Part shown: positions 1 through 9,977 of the stretch, in pieces
Position numbering within the stretch: the first letter of the stretch is position 1
How the letters are laid out: every line of letters starts with the position of its first letter
Source: Candidatus Omnitrophota bacterium
Lineage (GTDB): Bacteria > Omnitrophota > Gorgyraeia > Gygaellales > Profunditerraquicolaceae
Direction: 5' to 3'
NCBI GenBank assembly: GCA_026387335.1
Contig: JAPLLX010000003.1
Location: forward strand, 74,230 to 138,229
Length of the DNA stretch: 64,000 bases
Notes under the pieces: generated by a model
What the model was told of the DNA's origin: nothing
Seen by the model: only the letters and a program-made list of their open reading frames with translations
Databases searched by the model: none
Position numbers and translations under genes: made by a program

Positions 1-181
1 AAAAAGGGTCATGCATATGGCTTATTTTGACGTTTAAGAACCTCTCGGCTTCGCTTACCCCGGATAGGCCGCGGTTAATTAAAACCTGGGCGAGTATTTT
101 GGATATTTTTAGTTCTTGGCTTAAGGTATTCTGAAGGTGTGTTTGGCCGGAAGCGATTCTTAATATCTTGTGGGAATGCAT
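1..181 (-). CDS. recJ: ssDNA exonuclease RecJ, N-terminal part (runs off window)
   Basis: Manual translation MHSHKILRIASGQTHLQNTLSQELKISKILAQVLINRGLSGVSEAERFL...HDPF matches the RecJ N-terminal 'LxNRG...FL...hDPF' pattern; not in ORF track. Confidence 0.8.
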   Translation of the reverse strand, partial: MHSHKILRIASGQTHLQNTLSQELKISKILAQVLINRGLSGVSEAERFLNVKISHMHDPF

Positions 182-184
182 AAA

Positions 185-1822
185 TTACATCTTTTCGGGG
201 GTAGAAACGCCTAACAAATCCAGACCGGTAGCGATTAAAATCCTCGTGCCTTCAATAAGGCCAAGGCGGGCCTGGGTAAGGTTAGCGTCATCGGTTAAAA
301 CACGATGCAAATCATAAAATTTATGGAACGTTTCCGAAAGCTCCTGCAGATAAACAGTCAGCATATAAGGATCCTGGGTCTTAAGGCAGGCATTGAGGAT
401 ATAAGAAAATTGCAGTATTTTTTTGATCAGATCCAGCTCTTCTTTCTCTTTTAATAACGCCAGGTCCGCGTTTTTATTTAATTTTACTGTCGCACTGCGC
501 AAGATACTGCAAATACGGGCATGGGCGTACTGCACATAATAAACCGGGTTCTCGGAAGTCTGAGCCTTGGCTACATCCAGGTCAAAATCCAAGTGGCTGG
601 AAGTCCGCCGCATAATAAAGAAAAATCTGGCGGCATCCCTACCCACTTCGTCTAAGACTTCCCTTAAGGTTATGTATTCTCCCCGGCGCGTAGACATCTG
701 TATAGGCAAGCCATCCCGGAATATCGTGGCCAACTGCACGATAACTATCGATAGCGAAGCAGGGTCCCTACCTAATGCCGCGACTGAAGCTTTAAGCCTG
801 CTGATATAGCCGTGATGGTCCGGGCCCCAAAGATTAATCAACCACTTGAATCCGCGCTTGTATTTATCGTCATGATAAGCGATATCGGGAGCCAGATACG
901 TATAAGTTCCGTCACTTTTTAGGACGACCCTGTCTTTATCGTCTCCAAAAGCGCTGGACTTAAACCAGAGGGCTCCTTCCTGCTCATAGAGAAAACCTTT
1001 CTTCTTTAATAGCTCAAAAGCCTTCGGAATTTTATCGCTTTTCCCCAGACCTTTTTGCGAATACCAACAGTCAAATCTTACCCCGAAATCATCCAACTCT
1101 TTTTTAATTATGTCCAAAATAAATTTTGCGGCAAAATCACCCAGGTCCTCGGTTTTAATCTTCTTTTCTTTTGCTTTTTTAGCTATGTCATAAATATATT
1201 CGCCCTGGTAATAATTCTCCGGGAAATCCGTCTTTTCTGCGGAATTTTCTTTCATTCTCAGCTCTACGGATTTACCCAGAATATTTATCTGGTTGCCTTC
1301 ATCATTAAGATAATATTCCCGGCTGACCTTAAAACCTAAAAAGCTCAGGATGTTAGCCAGGGCATCGCCGACAGCTGCCTGACGGGCATGAGCGACCGAT
1401 AAAGCGCCGGTCGGGTTAGCGCTGACAAATTCAATTAAAACGGGTTCATTTTTACCTAAATCCAGCCGCAGGGCTTCTTTTTCTTTTTTTAAGATAACCT
1501 CTAATTCCTGGTATAAATATTTAGGCTCAAGATAAAAATTGATAAAACCTGCTCCTTCCACTTTAATCTCTTTAATATAATTTTTTAAGGGGGATTTTTC
1601 TGCCTGCTTATTGATCCTGCCTATTAAATCCACGGCGATTTCCCGGGGAGGCTTATTTAACGCCTTACTCAGGCGCAGAGCGACATTAGTCGAGAAATCT
1701 CCGAAACGGCTTGCCCCTGGGATATCCAGATACAATTCTTCGGTTAAAGAAGACGCTTGGCCCGTTTCCTTCAACGCCTCTTTGACTAACCCAATAATCT
1801 GGTCTTGGATATTTTCTTTCAT
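185..1822 (-). CDS. argS: Arginine--tRNA ligase
   Basis: FGDFSTN, EFVSANPTG, KSDGTYTY, MSTRRG, YVQYAHAR motifs; HIGH motif reads SVAH. Confidence 0.97.
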   Translation of the reverse strand: MKENIQDQIIGLVKEALKETGQASSLTEELYLDIPGASRFGDFSTNVALRLSKALNKPPREIAVDLIGRINKQAEKSPLKNYIKEIKVEGAGFINFYLEPKYLYQELEVILKKEKEALRLDLGKNEPVLIEFVSANPTGALSVAHARQAAVGDALANILSFLGFKVSREYYLNDEGNQINILGKSVELRMKENSAEKTDFPENYYQGEYIYDIAKKAKEKKIKTEDLGDFAAKFILDIIKKELDDFGVRFDCWYSQKGLGKSDKIPKAFELLKKKGFLYEQEGALWFKSSAFGDDKDRVVLKSDGTYTYLAPDIAYHDDKYKRGFKWLINLWGPDHHGYISRLKASVAALGRDPASLSIVIVQLATIFRDGLPIQMSTRRGEYITLREVLDEVGRDAARFFFIMRRTSSHLDFDLDVAKAQTSENPVYYVQYAHARICSILRSATVKLNKNADLALLKEKEELDLIKKILQFSYILNACLKTQDPYMLTVYLQELSETFHKFYDLHRVLTDDANLTQARLGLIEGTRILIATGLDLLGVSTPEKM

Positions 1823-1849
1823 GTAAGTTTGAAAATCTCTGGAGGGGAA

Positions 1850-2197
1850 CTACCTAACCACTCTGACCTTTTTAGCGTCAGACCACAGGCGCTCTAAACA
1901 ATAATGTTCGCGCAGCGGTTTATAAAATACATGGGCTATTACGGAAGCAAAATCCAGGACCACCCACCCGCTTTCATCCCCGATAGGCACCTTGGAAAGA
2001 GGTTTTAGGTTATCCTTAGTTAGATCCTCCGCTATACCCTGGGCGATCGCGCCTACCTGCCTTAAGGATGTAGCGCTAGAAATTATAAAATAATCGCAGA
2101 AGGAAGCAACCTTACGCATATCTAAGATTACCACCTTCTGCGCTTTTTTAGACTTAGCTGCTGCCGCAATACGTTGAGCTAACTTTTTTGTATCTAT
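1850..2197 (-). CDS. rsfS: Ribosome silencing factor RsfS (probable ATA start at 2197; track start 2134)
   Basis: DYFIISSA, WVVLDF, R..Y.LERLW motifs; frame stays open upstream (IDTKKLAQRIAAAAKSKKAQKVVILD) to an ATA with GAGG 9 nt upstream. Confidence 0.9.
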   Translation of the reverse strand: MDTKKLAQRIAAAAKSKKAQKVVILDMRKVASFCDYFIISSATSLRQVGAIAQGIAEDLTKDNLKPLSKVPIGDESGWVVLDFASVIAHVFYKPLREHYCLERLWSDAKKVRVVR

Positions 2198-2225
2198 TGA
2201 GCCTGACCTCTTTTTCTTTTAAAAT

Positions 2226-2375
2226 CTAGGAATTACCTAGAATCTTATACATGCCTGTGCCGCATGATGTACATTTGCCCTTCATCGCCTGACGGCCGTT
2301 CTTCATGGTTACCTTCTGCTCATCTTTCATTTCTTTCTTATCTTTGCACTTTACGCAATAACCTTTCTCTGCCAT
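2226..2375 (-). CDS. 49-aa basic zinc-ribbon protein (DUF5679-like)
   Basis: Manual translation MAEKGYCVKCKDKKEMKDEQKVTMKNGRQAMKGKCTSCGTGMYKILGNS; two CxxC; strong SD AAGGAGG; below ORF-track size cutoff. Confidence 0.88.
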   Translation of the reverse strand: MAEKGYCVKCKDKKEMKDEQKVTMKNGRQAMKGKCTSCGTGMYKILGNS

Positions 2376-2410
2376 TTCCTTCCTCCTTGTTAGTATTAAC
2401 TTCTATTGTT

Positions 2411-2438
2411 ATTATACAACTGAAAAATCAAAGGTCAA
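2411..2438 (-). promoter_or_regulatory. sigma70-type promoter for the zinc-ribbon gene and rsfS-argS-recJ
   Basis: TTGACC-N16-TATAAT on minus strand; -35 overlaps the upstream stop codon. Confidence 0.7.
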
Positions 2439-3448
2439 TTTTTATTTGTTGGACCCTTAGCCTGATCCTCTTTTATTTCTCCGACAATTTCTTCAGTCAG
2501 GTCCTCTAAAGTAACCAGCCCCAGCGTCTTCTTAGCGCTATCCACGACTATAGCGATCTGCACTTTATCTTTCTGAAACTTTCTTAAGAGCTCACTTACC
2601 TGCATCCCCTGCGGGACACAATAAGCCTCATGGACCAGATCCTGCAAGAGGAAAAGGCCCTTATCCCTTAATATATAAAGGAGGTCGCGGGCATAAATAA
2701 TACCCACTACATTATCAATAGCCCCGCTATACACCGGAAGCCGGGCATGCCCTTCTTCCACAAACATATTCAATAACTCTTCCGAAGTAATATTAATATT
2801 GACCGCCACCATTTTTTCTCTAGGGACCATGACATCTTTTACCTTAGTATCCCCGAATTCAAAGATACGGTGCAGCATCTTCCTTTCTTCGTCGCTTAAA
2901 ACCCCCTCATCTTTACCTACTTCTATCATCAGGCGCAGCTCTTCTTCCGTGATGAGCGGCGACCGTTTACTTGGGCCTATTTTAAACAGTTGAAGAATAA
3001 AATTACTGATGCTGATAAAGAAATTAACCGCGGGGTTCAGTACTTTGAGTAAAACTTCCATAATCGGAGCGATAAAAAGCGCGGATTTCTCCATATGCTT
3101 GGTCGCCAGTATTTTCGGGGTCATCTCACAGAAAATAAGCACAAAGAATGTCGCAATGAATGTAGCAATGATGGTCCCAAAACTAAAACCAAATATAGGA
3201 GTACAGACTGCGGTCACAATCGCCGAAATAGCGGTATTTACAAAGTTGTCTCCGATGAGAATAGCGGCAAGGAACCTATCCAACTTGGTAACCAAGTTTT
3301 GAACATTCTGAGCATTTTTTACGCCTTTGGAAACCATATGGCGCAGGCGGATTTTGCTTAAGCCGATAACTGAAGTCTCCGAGATGGCAAAGAAAAAAGA
3401 CATAACCGCCAGGAGCATAAACACAATTATTATAATTATGGTTGTCAT
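2435..3448 (-). CDS. HlyC/CorC (CNNM/DUF21 + CBS pair) family membrane protein
   Basis: SFFFAISETS, CEMTPK, CBS repeats (VMVPRE, HARLPVY, GLVTLEDLTEEIVGEI); no C-terminal CorC domain. Confidence 0.92.
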   Translation of the reverse strand: MTTIIIIIVFMLLAVMSFFFAISETSVIGLSKIRLRHMVSKGVKNAQNVQNLVTKLDRFLAAILIGDNFVNTAISAIVTAVCTPIFGFSFGTIIATFIATFFVLIFCEMTPKILATKHMEKSALFIAPIMEVLLKVLNPAVNFFISISNFILQLFKIGPSKRSPLITEEELRLMIEVGKDEGVLSDEERKMLHRIFEFGDTKVKDVMVPREKMVAVNINITSEELLNMFVEEGHARLPVYSGAIDNVVGIIYARDLLYILRDKGLFLLQDLVHEAYCVPQGMQVSELLRKFQKDKVQIAIVVDSAKKTLGLVTLEDLTEEIVGEIKEDQAKGPTNKN

Positions 3449-3452
3449 ATTC

Positions 3453-4730
3453 TTATCCTACTGATAAGGCTTTCCGTATTTTATCTTCTATCCCCGAAAG
3501 CGGCCCGATCAGGCTTAAATTAATGTTTTTGTCATCAAATATCTCAGCCGCGGCTTCCCGGATACTAGCCCTATCCACACGATTCACTTCAGCAATGATA
3601 TCCTCTAAAGAAAATGTTCTATCCAGCTTAAGAGTAGTTTCACCTATCCAAAGCATATGTTCTAAAGTATCCTCTAAGGCCAGCCTTAATTGGCCGATAT
3701 AAAATTCTTTCGCCCGCCTGAATTCACCGGCAGTAACCAGATTATTTCGGGTTTTCTTTAATTCTTTCAAAATCAGGGGTATAGCCTCTAATACTTGCTT
3801 ATTATCAATTCCCGCGTGCACAATAAACGCCCCGGTATCCTGAAAACGCTTGACCAGCGAACCTATCTCGTAGGCCAGCCCGCGTTTCTCCCGGATTTCA
3901 TCAAAGAGGCGCGAGGACATATTAGCGCCTAATATGACATGGAGCATGCCCAAGGCGTGTTTCAAAGGATGTTCCCTCTTAAAACTCCGGAATCCCAAAG
4001 CCATATGGGTCTGTTCGGTTTCTTTATGGAAAAGTTTAAAAGCCGGCGCGTCCTGATTTTCTCTGACTCGCTGAAAAGTGTTTAGCCTGTTAGCTGGGAG
4101 TCTGGAGAATATCTTATTTACAGAGCGCTCTAATTTTAGGCTATCCAGATTGCCGCAGGCGCTGACCACGATATTGGAAGCGGTATAATAGCTCTCTTTA
4201 AAATCTAACAGCTCTTTTCTGCCTATGCTCTTTACGGATTCAACCGTGCCTATGATGGGTGAACCCAGGGGCTGCTTTGGCCAGAGCAATTCATCCAGAA
4301 GCTCATACACATAACTCTGAGGAAGATCCCTGTACATCTTTAACTCTTCCAGAATGACTGTCTTTTCTTTTTTAATATCGCCTGTAAAAAGCAGGGGATT
4401 GATCACCATATCCGCTAAAATATTTAAGCCCGTATTCAGACGCGCAGCCGGCACTTTCACCAGATAGCAGGTAAGCTCTTCCGAAGTAAAACCGTTTAGG
4501 GACCCTCCGATACCCTCAATAGATTCCTTAAGCAGCCGGCAGGAATAGTTCTTGGTCCCCTTAAACAAAAGATGCTCTAAGAAATGCGCCGCGCCTTTGT
4601 TTCGTAAGCCCTCGTATCTTCCGCCCACATTTATCCATATACCCAACGCCGCCGACTCCCGCTTAGGCATATTATGGCTGATGATCTTTAATCCGTTATC
4701 TAAACGCGTCTTTTTATAAATATTTTTCAT
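3453..4730 (-). CDS. M16 (pitrilysin) family zinc peptidase
   Basis: HFLEH inverted zincin motif; SSRLFDEIREKRGLAY. Confidence 0.95.
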   Translation of the reverse strand: MKNIYKKTRLDNGLKIISHNMPKRESAALGIWINVGGRYEGLRNKGAAHFLEHLLFKGTKNYSCRLLKESIEGIGGSLNGFTSEELTCYLVKVPAARLNTGLNILADMVINPLLFTGDIKKEKTVILEELKMYRDLPQSYVYELLDELLWPKQPLGSPIIGTVESVKSIGRKELLDFKESYYTASNIVVSACGNLDSLKLERSVNKIFSRLPANRLNTFQRVRENQDAPAFKLFHKETEQTHMALGFRSFKREHPLKHALGMLHVILGANMSSRLFDEIREKRGLAYEIGSLVKRFQDTGAFIVHAGIDNKQVLEAIPLILKELKKTRNNLVTAGEFRRAKEFYIGQLRLALEDTLEHMLWIGETTLKLDRTFSLEDIIAEVNRVDRASIREAAAEIFDDKNINLSLIGPLSGIEDKIRKALSVG

Positions 4731-5512
4731 GCCTTTAACCCGCTGACAAAATTACTTACCCTTTTTACTAAATCAGCCTTACCGCTATTTTCCTTTATCT
4801 TCTTGACGATCGCGCTTCCGATAATAACGCCATCAGCAAAACTTTTAATCTCTCTGGCCTGAGACGAAGTTGATACGCCAAAGCCGACACAAACCGGCTT
4901 TTTGGTATATTTCTTGATCAGATTGATCTGCCTGCGGATCCCGGAATCAAGATTATTGCGCTCTCCGGTTACTCCGGTCAGAGAAACATAATAAATAAAA
5001 CCTTTAGAGACCCTGGAGATTAATTTTACTCTTTTCAGGCTGGAAGTCGGAGAAAGAAAACAAATCACATCCAGGCCTCGTCTGTTTGCCGCCTGGATAA
5101 AATCCCTGCCCTCTTCAGGAGGTAAATCCGGTATAATCAATCCGTCTACGCCGGATTCCTTGGCTTGGGCAATAAATTTTTTATCCGGAAAACAAAAGAC
5201 CGGATTGTAATAAGTCATCAGGCAAATAGGTATATTGACGCTTTTGCGGGCCTTCTTAACCAGATTCAATATATCAATAAGATGCGTGCCCTTCCTTAAA
5301 GCTTGGGAAGAAGCCTCCTGGATCACCGGGCCATCGGCCATAGGATCGGAAAACGGGACTCCCAACTCTAAAATATCCACTCCTATTTTATCAAACTCAT
5401 AAATAAGTTTTTCAGTTATATGGAGATTAGGGAAACCCGCGGTGATAAAAGCTATAAAAGCCTTTTTTCCTTTCTTTCTCAATTCTTGAAATTTTTTATC
5501 TATGCGGTTCAT
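4727..5512 (-). CDS. trpA: Tryptophan synthase alpha chain
   Basis: [26 protein letters not shown]. Confidence 0.97.
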   Translation of the reverse strand: MNRIDKKFQELRKKGKKAFIAFITAGFPNLHITEKLIYEFDKIGVDILELGVPFSDPMADGPVIQEASSQALRKGTHLIDILNLVKKARKSVNIPICLMTYYNPVFCFPDKKFIAQAKESGVDGLIIPDLPPEEGRDFIQAANRRGLDVICFLSPTSSLKRVKLISRVSKGFIYYVSLTGVTGERNNLDSGIRRQINLIKKYTKKPVCVGFGVSTSSQAREIKSFADGVIIGSAIVKKIKENSGKADLVKRVSNFVSGLKA

Positions 5513-6696
5513 ATTTTGCCTTTAGTCACTATTCCCAAGTCCTTATCTCCCCTGCCGGATAAGCAGACTATAACAATTGATTTCCGGTTAATTTTCTTAG
5601 CTAACTTCTTTAAATAGGCGATAGCGTGCGCTGATTCTAACGCCGGAATTATTCCTTCTAACTTAGAAAGTAAATCAAACCCTTCCAGGGCTTCTTTATC
5701 GTTGATCGCGACATATTCAGCCCGGCCGATTTTCTTATAATAGGCATGTTCCGGCCCGACCCCGGGATAATCCAGCCCGGCAGAAATAGAATGCGTAAGG
5801 CTGACCTGGCCGAATTTATCCTCTAATAAACCTGACTTTGAGCCATGTAAAACGCCTATATCGCCGTTCACTAAAGTAGCCGCGTGTTTACCGCTAGATA
5901 ATCCTCTTCCGCCGGCTTCCACCCCGATAAACCTTACTTTTTTGTCATTAACAAACGGATAAAATAACCCCAGGGCATTACTTCCTCCGCCTACGCAGGC
6001 AACCAGGTAATCCGGCAGACGTTTTTCTTTCTTTTTAAGCTGGACCTTGGATTCGCTTCCGATCACCGACTGAAAATCCCTTACCAACATCGGATAGGGA
6101 TGCGGCCCGGCAACAGTACCGATGATATAATGCGTATCGCGCACATTAGTCACCCAATCGCGCAGAGCCTCGGTCATCGCGTCTTTTAAGGTCCGGGAGC
6201 CGCTTTTTACCGGGATCACATTCGCGCCCAGCAGTTGCATACGGAAAACATTGGGCTTCTGCCTTTCCATATCTTCCTGGCCCATATAAACATCACATTT
6301 TAATCCAAAGAGGGCCGCAACCGTAGCGGTAGCTACGCCATGCTGGCCCGCGCCGGTCTCCGCGATTACCCGCGGTTTTTTCATCCGCAGGCACAGAAGC
6401 GCCTGAGCCAGAGTATTATTTATTTTATGCGCGCCGGTATGTAAAAGGTCTTCCCTTTTAAGATATATTTTATTTATGCCTAGATGCCGGCTGAGCTTCT
6501 TAGCAAAATATAACGGCGTTGGCCGGCCGGCGTATTCATTTAAATAAAATTTAAGCTCCGTCTTAAACTGCTTATCTCTTCTCGCCTTTTTATATTCTTT
6601 TTCCAATTCATCCAGGGCAAAGATCAGCGTCTCCGGAACAAACCTGCCGCCAAATTCCTCAAAATGCCCGGATTTATCCGGTAATTTTTTTTCCAT
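5509..6696 (-). CDS. trpB: Tryptophan synthase beta chain
   Basis: [40 protein letters not shown]. Confidence 0.98.
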   Translation of the reverse strand: MEKKLPDKSGHFEEFGGRFVPETLIFALDELEKEYKKARRDKQFKTELKFYLNEYAGRPTPLYFAKKLSRHLGINKIYLKREDLLHTGAHKINNTLAQALLCLRMKKPRVIAETGAGQHGVATATVAALFGLKCDVYMGQEDMERQKPNVFRMQLLGANVIPVKSGSRTLKDAMTEALRDWVTNVRDTHYIIGTVAGPHPYPMLVRDFQSVIGSESKVQLKKKEKRLPDYLVACVGGGSNALGLFYPFVNDKKVRFIGVEAGGRGLSSGKHAATLVNGDIGVLHGSKSGLLEDKFGQVSLTHSISAGLDYPGVGPEHAYYKKIGRAEYVAINDKEALEGFDLLSKLEGIIPALESAHAIAYLKKLAKKINRKSIVIVCLSGRGDKDLGIVTKGKI

Positions 6697-7014
6697 TTAT
6701 AATGTAACCCTCTCCCAAAACATCTTTACGCCTTCAATCAAATCATTCCAAATAGGCCCGCCTAGCCCGGGGCCGGGGATATTCCACGGGTAATTATGCG
6801 CCGGGGAATAAAATATCCCGTAAAACATAGCCTTAATCAGCACAAAGGTCAAAGCTATAAAAATATTTACCAAAATTATGAAACCCACAAAGCCGATCAG
6901 GCAACCCAAAAGACAATTCAGCCATTTTTTCTTCTTCTTTAAAAATTCACCGCAATGCTTGCATTTCAGCGCCTCATCCTGTATCTCTTCCGCGCAATAC
7001 GGGCATCTTTTCAT
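6697..7014 (-). CDS. Zinc-ribbon + single-TM membrane protein, unknown function
   Basis: CPYC..CKHC N-terminus, Lys run, hydrophobic helix; abuts trpF and trpB. Confidence 0.8.
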   Translation of the reverse strand: MKRCPYCAEEIQDEALKCKHCGEFLKKKKKWLNCLLGCLIGFVGFIILVNIFIALTFVLIKAMFYGIFYSPAHNYPWNIPGPGLGGPIWNDLIEGVKMFWERVTL

Positions 7015-7622
7015 TTTAACGCCTCAATAAATTTCTTTATCTTTTTATGGTCCTTCTGGCCCGGTTTTGCTTCCAGCGCACTGGAGACATCCACCCAATC
7101 CGGATGAAGTTTGTTTATCGCGCTGAACACATTCGCGCTGGTTAATCCACCGGACAAAAAAACCTGACCACTTATTTTATCTATATTCTTTAATAAATTC
7201 CAGTTAAACTTTCTTCCTGTGCCTCCGGCCGCGTTTTTAGAGAAGGTATCAAAAAGGTAACCGAAAACCTTATATTTTAATATCGCGGATAAATCTAATT
7301 TTTTCTTTACCCGGAAAGCCTTGACGACTTTATAACCCTTAAATTTATTACAATATTCCGCGCTCTCATTCCCGTGGAATTGCAGCAGATCCAGATCGCA
7401 AAGCTGGGCGATTTTTTTTACCTGCGCCAATTTTTCATCGACAAATACGCCCACCCTTAAAATCTTTTTAGGCAGGATACGCGCGATATTTCTGGCCTTT
7501 AACGGCTGAATAAAGCGGGGGCTCTTCTTATAAAATACAAAGCCAATAGCATTTGCTCCGCTAAAAAGGCTGGCTAAGGCGTCTTCCAGATTCGTTATCC
7601 CGCAAATTTTTACCTTTACCAT
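7011..7622 (-). CDS. trpF: Phosphoribosylanthranilate isomerase
   Basis: KICGIT, QFHGNE, GGTG, LSGGL, DVSS. Confidence 0.96.
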   Translation of the reverse strand: MVKVKICGITNLEDALASLFSGANAIGFVFYKKSPRFIQPLKARNIARILPKKILRVGVFVDEKLAQVKKIAQLCDLDLLQFHGNESAEYCNKFKGYKVVKAFRVKKKLDLSAILKYKVFGYLFDTFSKNAAGGTGRKFNWNLLKNIDKISGQVFLSGGLTSANVFSAINKLHPDWVDVSSALEAKPGQKDHKKIKKFIEALK

Positions 7623-8407
7623 CCCATTAGTTCTTCGACCTTAGCCTTGATATTTTCCGCCTGCATAAAAGCCGTACCGATTAAAACCGCGCTGACCCCC
7701 AGAATTTTTAAAAACAGGATATCCTGATAAGTCTTAAGCCCGCTCTCTACAACTACTACTTTATCCTTGGGAATCAAGGTATATAATTTTTCAGTCGTTT
7801 TAGGGTCAACCTCCAGGGTATGCAGATCCCGGTTATTTATGCCGATAAGCGCTACCCCTTTTAATTTTAAGACCTTTTTTAGTTCCTTTTCATTATGCAC
7901 TTCCACTAAACAATCCATATTCAATTGCGTAGCCAGGGCCATAAATTGGGTTATTTCATCCTGGGTGAGCAAATCCGCGATAAGTAGTATGGCGTCAGCC
8001 CCGTAAAACCTGGATTCGTAAACCTGATAAGGCTCAATAATGAAATCTTTCCTTAATACCGGGACCGCGGCTATATTTTTTATTTCATTAATATAAGAAA
8101 TACTCCCCAGAAAATAATCCTCTTCGGTCACAACCGAGATCGCCTGGACTCCTGCCTCCTGATAGATTTTGGCAATATCCAGATGGTTAAAATCCTGCCG
8201 GATTAGGCCTTGCGAAGGCGAAGCCTTTTTTATTTCAGCGATCAGGGAAATCTGGCGCGGCTTACTTAACGCCTTAATAAACGGCCGGGTAGGACTAAGC
8301 CCCTGAACCTTGGCTTTTAATTCCTCTTCAGGAAGAAGCTGCTTAGCTAAAGCCAGGCGCTCTTTTTTCTTTAGGATGATCTCTTTTAAGGTGTCTATTT
8401 TTGCCAT
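7616..8407 (-). CDS. trpC: Indole-3-glycerol phosphate synthase
   Basis: IAEIKKASPS, LRKDFI, GINNRDL, ESG. Confidence 0.97.
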   Translation of the reverse strand: MAKIDTLKEIILKKKERLALAKQLLPEEELKAKVQGLSPTRPFIKALSKPRQISLIAEIKKASPSQGLIRQDFNHLDIAKIYQEAGVQAISVVTEEDYFLGSISYINEIKNIAAVPVLRKDFIIEPYQVYESRFYGADAILLIADLLTQDEITQFMALATQLNMDCLVEVHNEKELKKVLKLKGVALIGINNRDLHTLEVDPKTTEKLYTLIPKDKVVVVESGLKTYQDILFLKILGVSAVLIGTAFMQAENIKAKVEELMGW

Positions 8408-9417
8408 TACCGTGAATACTTCTTCAATAATTCCAGTTTTCTTAAAGCCGCCTTGCTATCTATTGACTCTGCGGCTAGTTTTATGCCTTCGTTGATCGAG
8501 CCGGCTTTATCCGCCGCGTATATTGCGCATCCCGCATTCAGCAAGATTATATCCCGCCGGGAACCGTCTTTACCATCTAAAATATCCAAAGCTATCTGGA
8601 CATTATCAAATAAGCTTCCTCCCAGAAGATCTTCCGGCCGGGCGCGCTTAAATCCAAAATCCTCCGGCGCTATTTCGTATTCCTTAAATTCACCGTGATT
8701 AACCTCACAGATTTTCGTCTTATCGGTAGTAGTCACTTCATCCAGGCCGTCTAAGCCATGCACTACTAAAACATGCTTGGTCCCTAAATTATATAAGACG
8801 CGGGCTAAAATCGGCGGCCACTGGCTGCTATAAACCCCGATCAGCTGATTGGTCGCCCGGGCAGGATTGATTAACGGGCCCAAAATATTAAACATGGTCT
8901 TAGAGGCTATGCGCTTACGGGCCAGGGATACATTTTTCATCGCCGGGTTAAGGTTCGGCGCGAATAAAAAGGCTATCCCGATTTCCTCAAGGCATTTCTT
9001 AATTTTTGCCTTATCCATATTTATATTTACGCCCAATGCCTCTAAGATATCGGCGCTTCCGCAGATACTGGAAACTGAACGGTTGCCGTGTTTAGCGACT
9101 ACAACGCCGGCGCCGCTGGCCACAAAAGCGCTAATGGTAGAAATATTAAACGTGCCTTTTTTATCCCCTCCTGTTCCGCAGGTATCCAATATATTCGGTT
9201 TATCCACGATAATCGGGTCAATATATTTAAGCATCATCTCTACGGCCGCGGTCAGTTCTTCAATCGTCTCTCCCTTGCTATTTAAACAAGTCAGAAATTC
9301 GATTATATCCGCGGTATCCGTCACTCCGCTTAAAATATCATACATTACCGACTGCATCTCGTGAGCGGAAAGGTCTTTCTTCTGGATTAACTTATTTATC
9401 GCTTCTTTTATGATCAT
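8407..9417 (-). CDS. trpD: Anthranilate phosphoribosyltransferase
   Basis: DTCGTGGD, FNIST, KHGNRSVSS, DGLDE. Confidence 0.97.
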   Translation of the reverse strand: MIIKEAINKLIQKKDLSAHEMQSVMYDILSGVTDTADIIEFLTCLNSKGETIEELTAAVEMMLKYIDPIIVDKPNILDTCGTGGDKKGTFNISTISAFVASGAGVVVAKHGNRSVSSICGSADILEALGVNINMDKAKIKKCLEEIGIAFLFAPNLNPAMKNVSLARKRIASKTMFNILGPLINPARATNQLIGVYSSQWPPILARVLYNLGTKHVLVVHGLDGLDEVTTTDKTKICEVNHGEFKEYEIAPEDFGFKRARPEDLLGGSLFDNVQIALDILDGKDGSRRDIILLNAGCAIYAADKAGSINEGIKLAAESIDSKAALRKLELLKKYSR

Positions 9418-9977
9418 AGATTAACAAAGTTAGCTAAAATATCCATTCCGCATTTGGTAAGAATGGATTCCGGGTGGAATTGCACTCCCCAAACAGGATA
9501 TTTTTTATGTCTCAGGCCCATAATCTCATCTTCCTTGGTCCAGGCGGTGATCTGAAGGCATTCCGGAAGGCTCTTTTTCTCGACCAGCAAAGAATGGTAA
9601 CGCGTGGCCTCAAAAGGATTAGGGACGGCCCGGAATATCTCTTTGCTGTTGTGATAGATCATCGAGGTCTTGCCGTGCATAAGCTTCTTGGCGCCGATAA
9701 TTTTTCCTCCGTAAGCATACCCTATCGCCTGATGGCCAAGACAAACCCCTAAAATGGGAATTTTACCGGCGAATTCTTTTATCGCCTCAACCGAGACCCC
9801 GGCGTCTTCCGGCCGGCCCGGCCCGGGAGAAATAACTATTTTTTTAGGATTAAGTTTATTTATCTCACTCACAGTAATCTTGTCATTACGCAAGACTTTT
9901 ACCTCCTGGCGCAAGGAACTTAAATACTGCACCAGGTTATAAGTAAAAGAGTCGTAATTATCAATCATCAGGATCAT
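9414..9977 (-). CDS. trpG: Anthranilate/aminodeoxychorismate synthase glutamine amidotransferase subunit
   Basis: IDNYDSFTYN, SPGPG, GVCLGHQ, QFHPES. Confidence 0.93.
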   Translation of the reverse strand: MILMIDNYDSFTYNLVQYLSSLRQEVKVLRNDKITVSEINKLNPKKIVISPGPGRPEDAGVSVEAIKEFAGKIPILGVCLGHQAIGYAYGGKIIGAKKLMHGKTSMIYHNSKEIFRAVPNPFEATRYHSLLVEKKSLPECLQITAWTKEDEIMGLRHKKYPVWGVQFHPESILTKCGMDILANFVNL

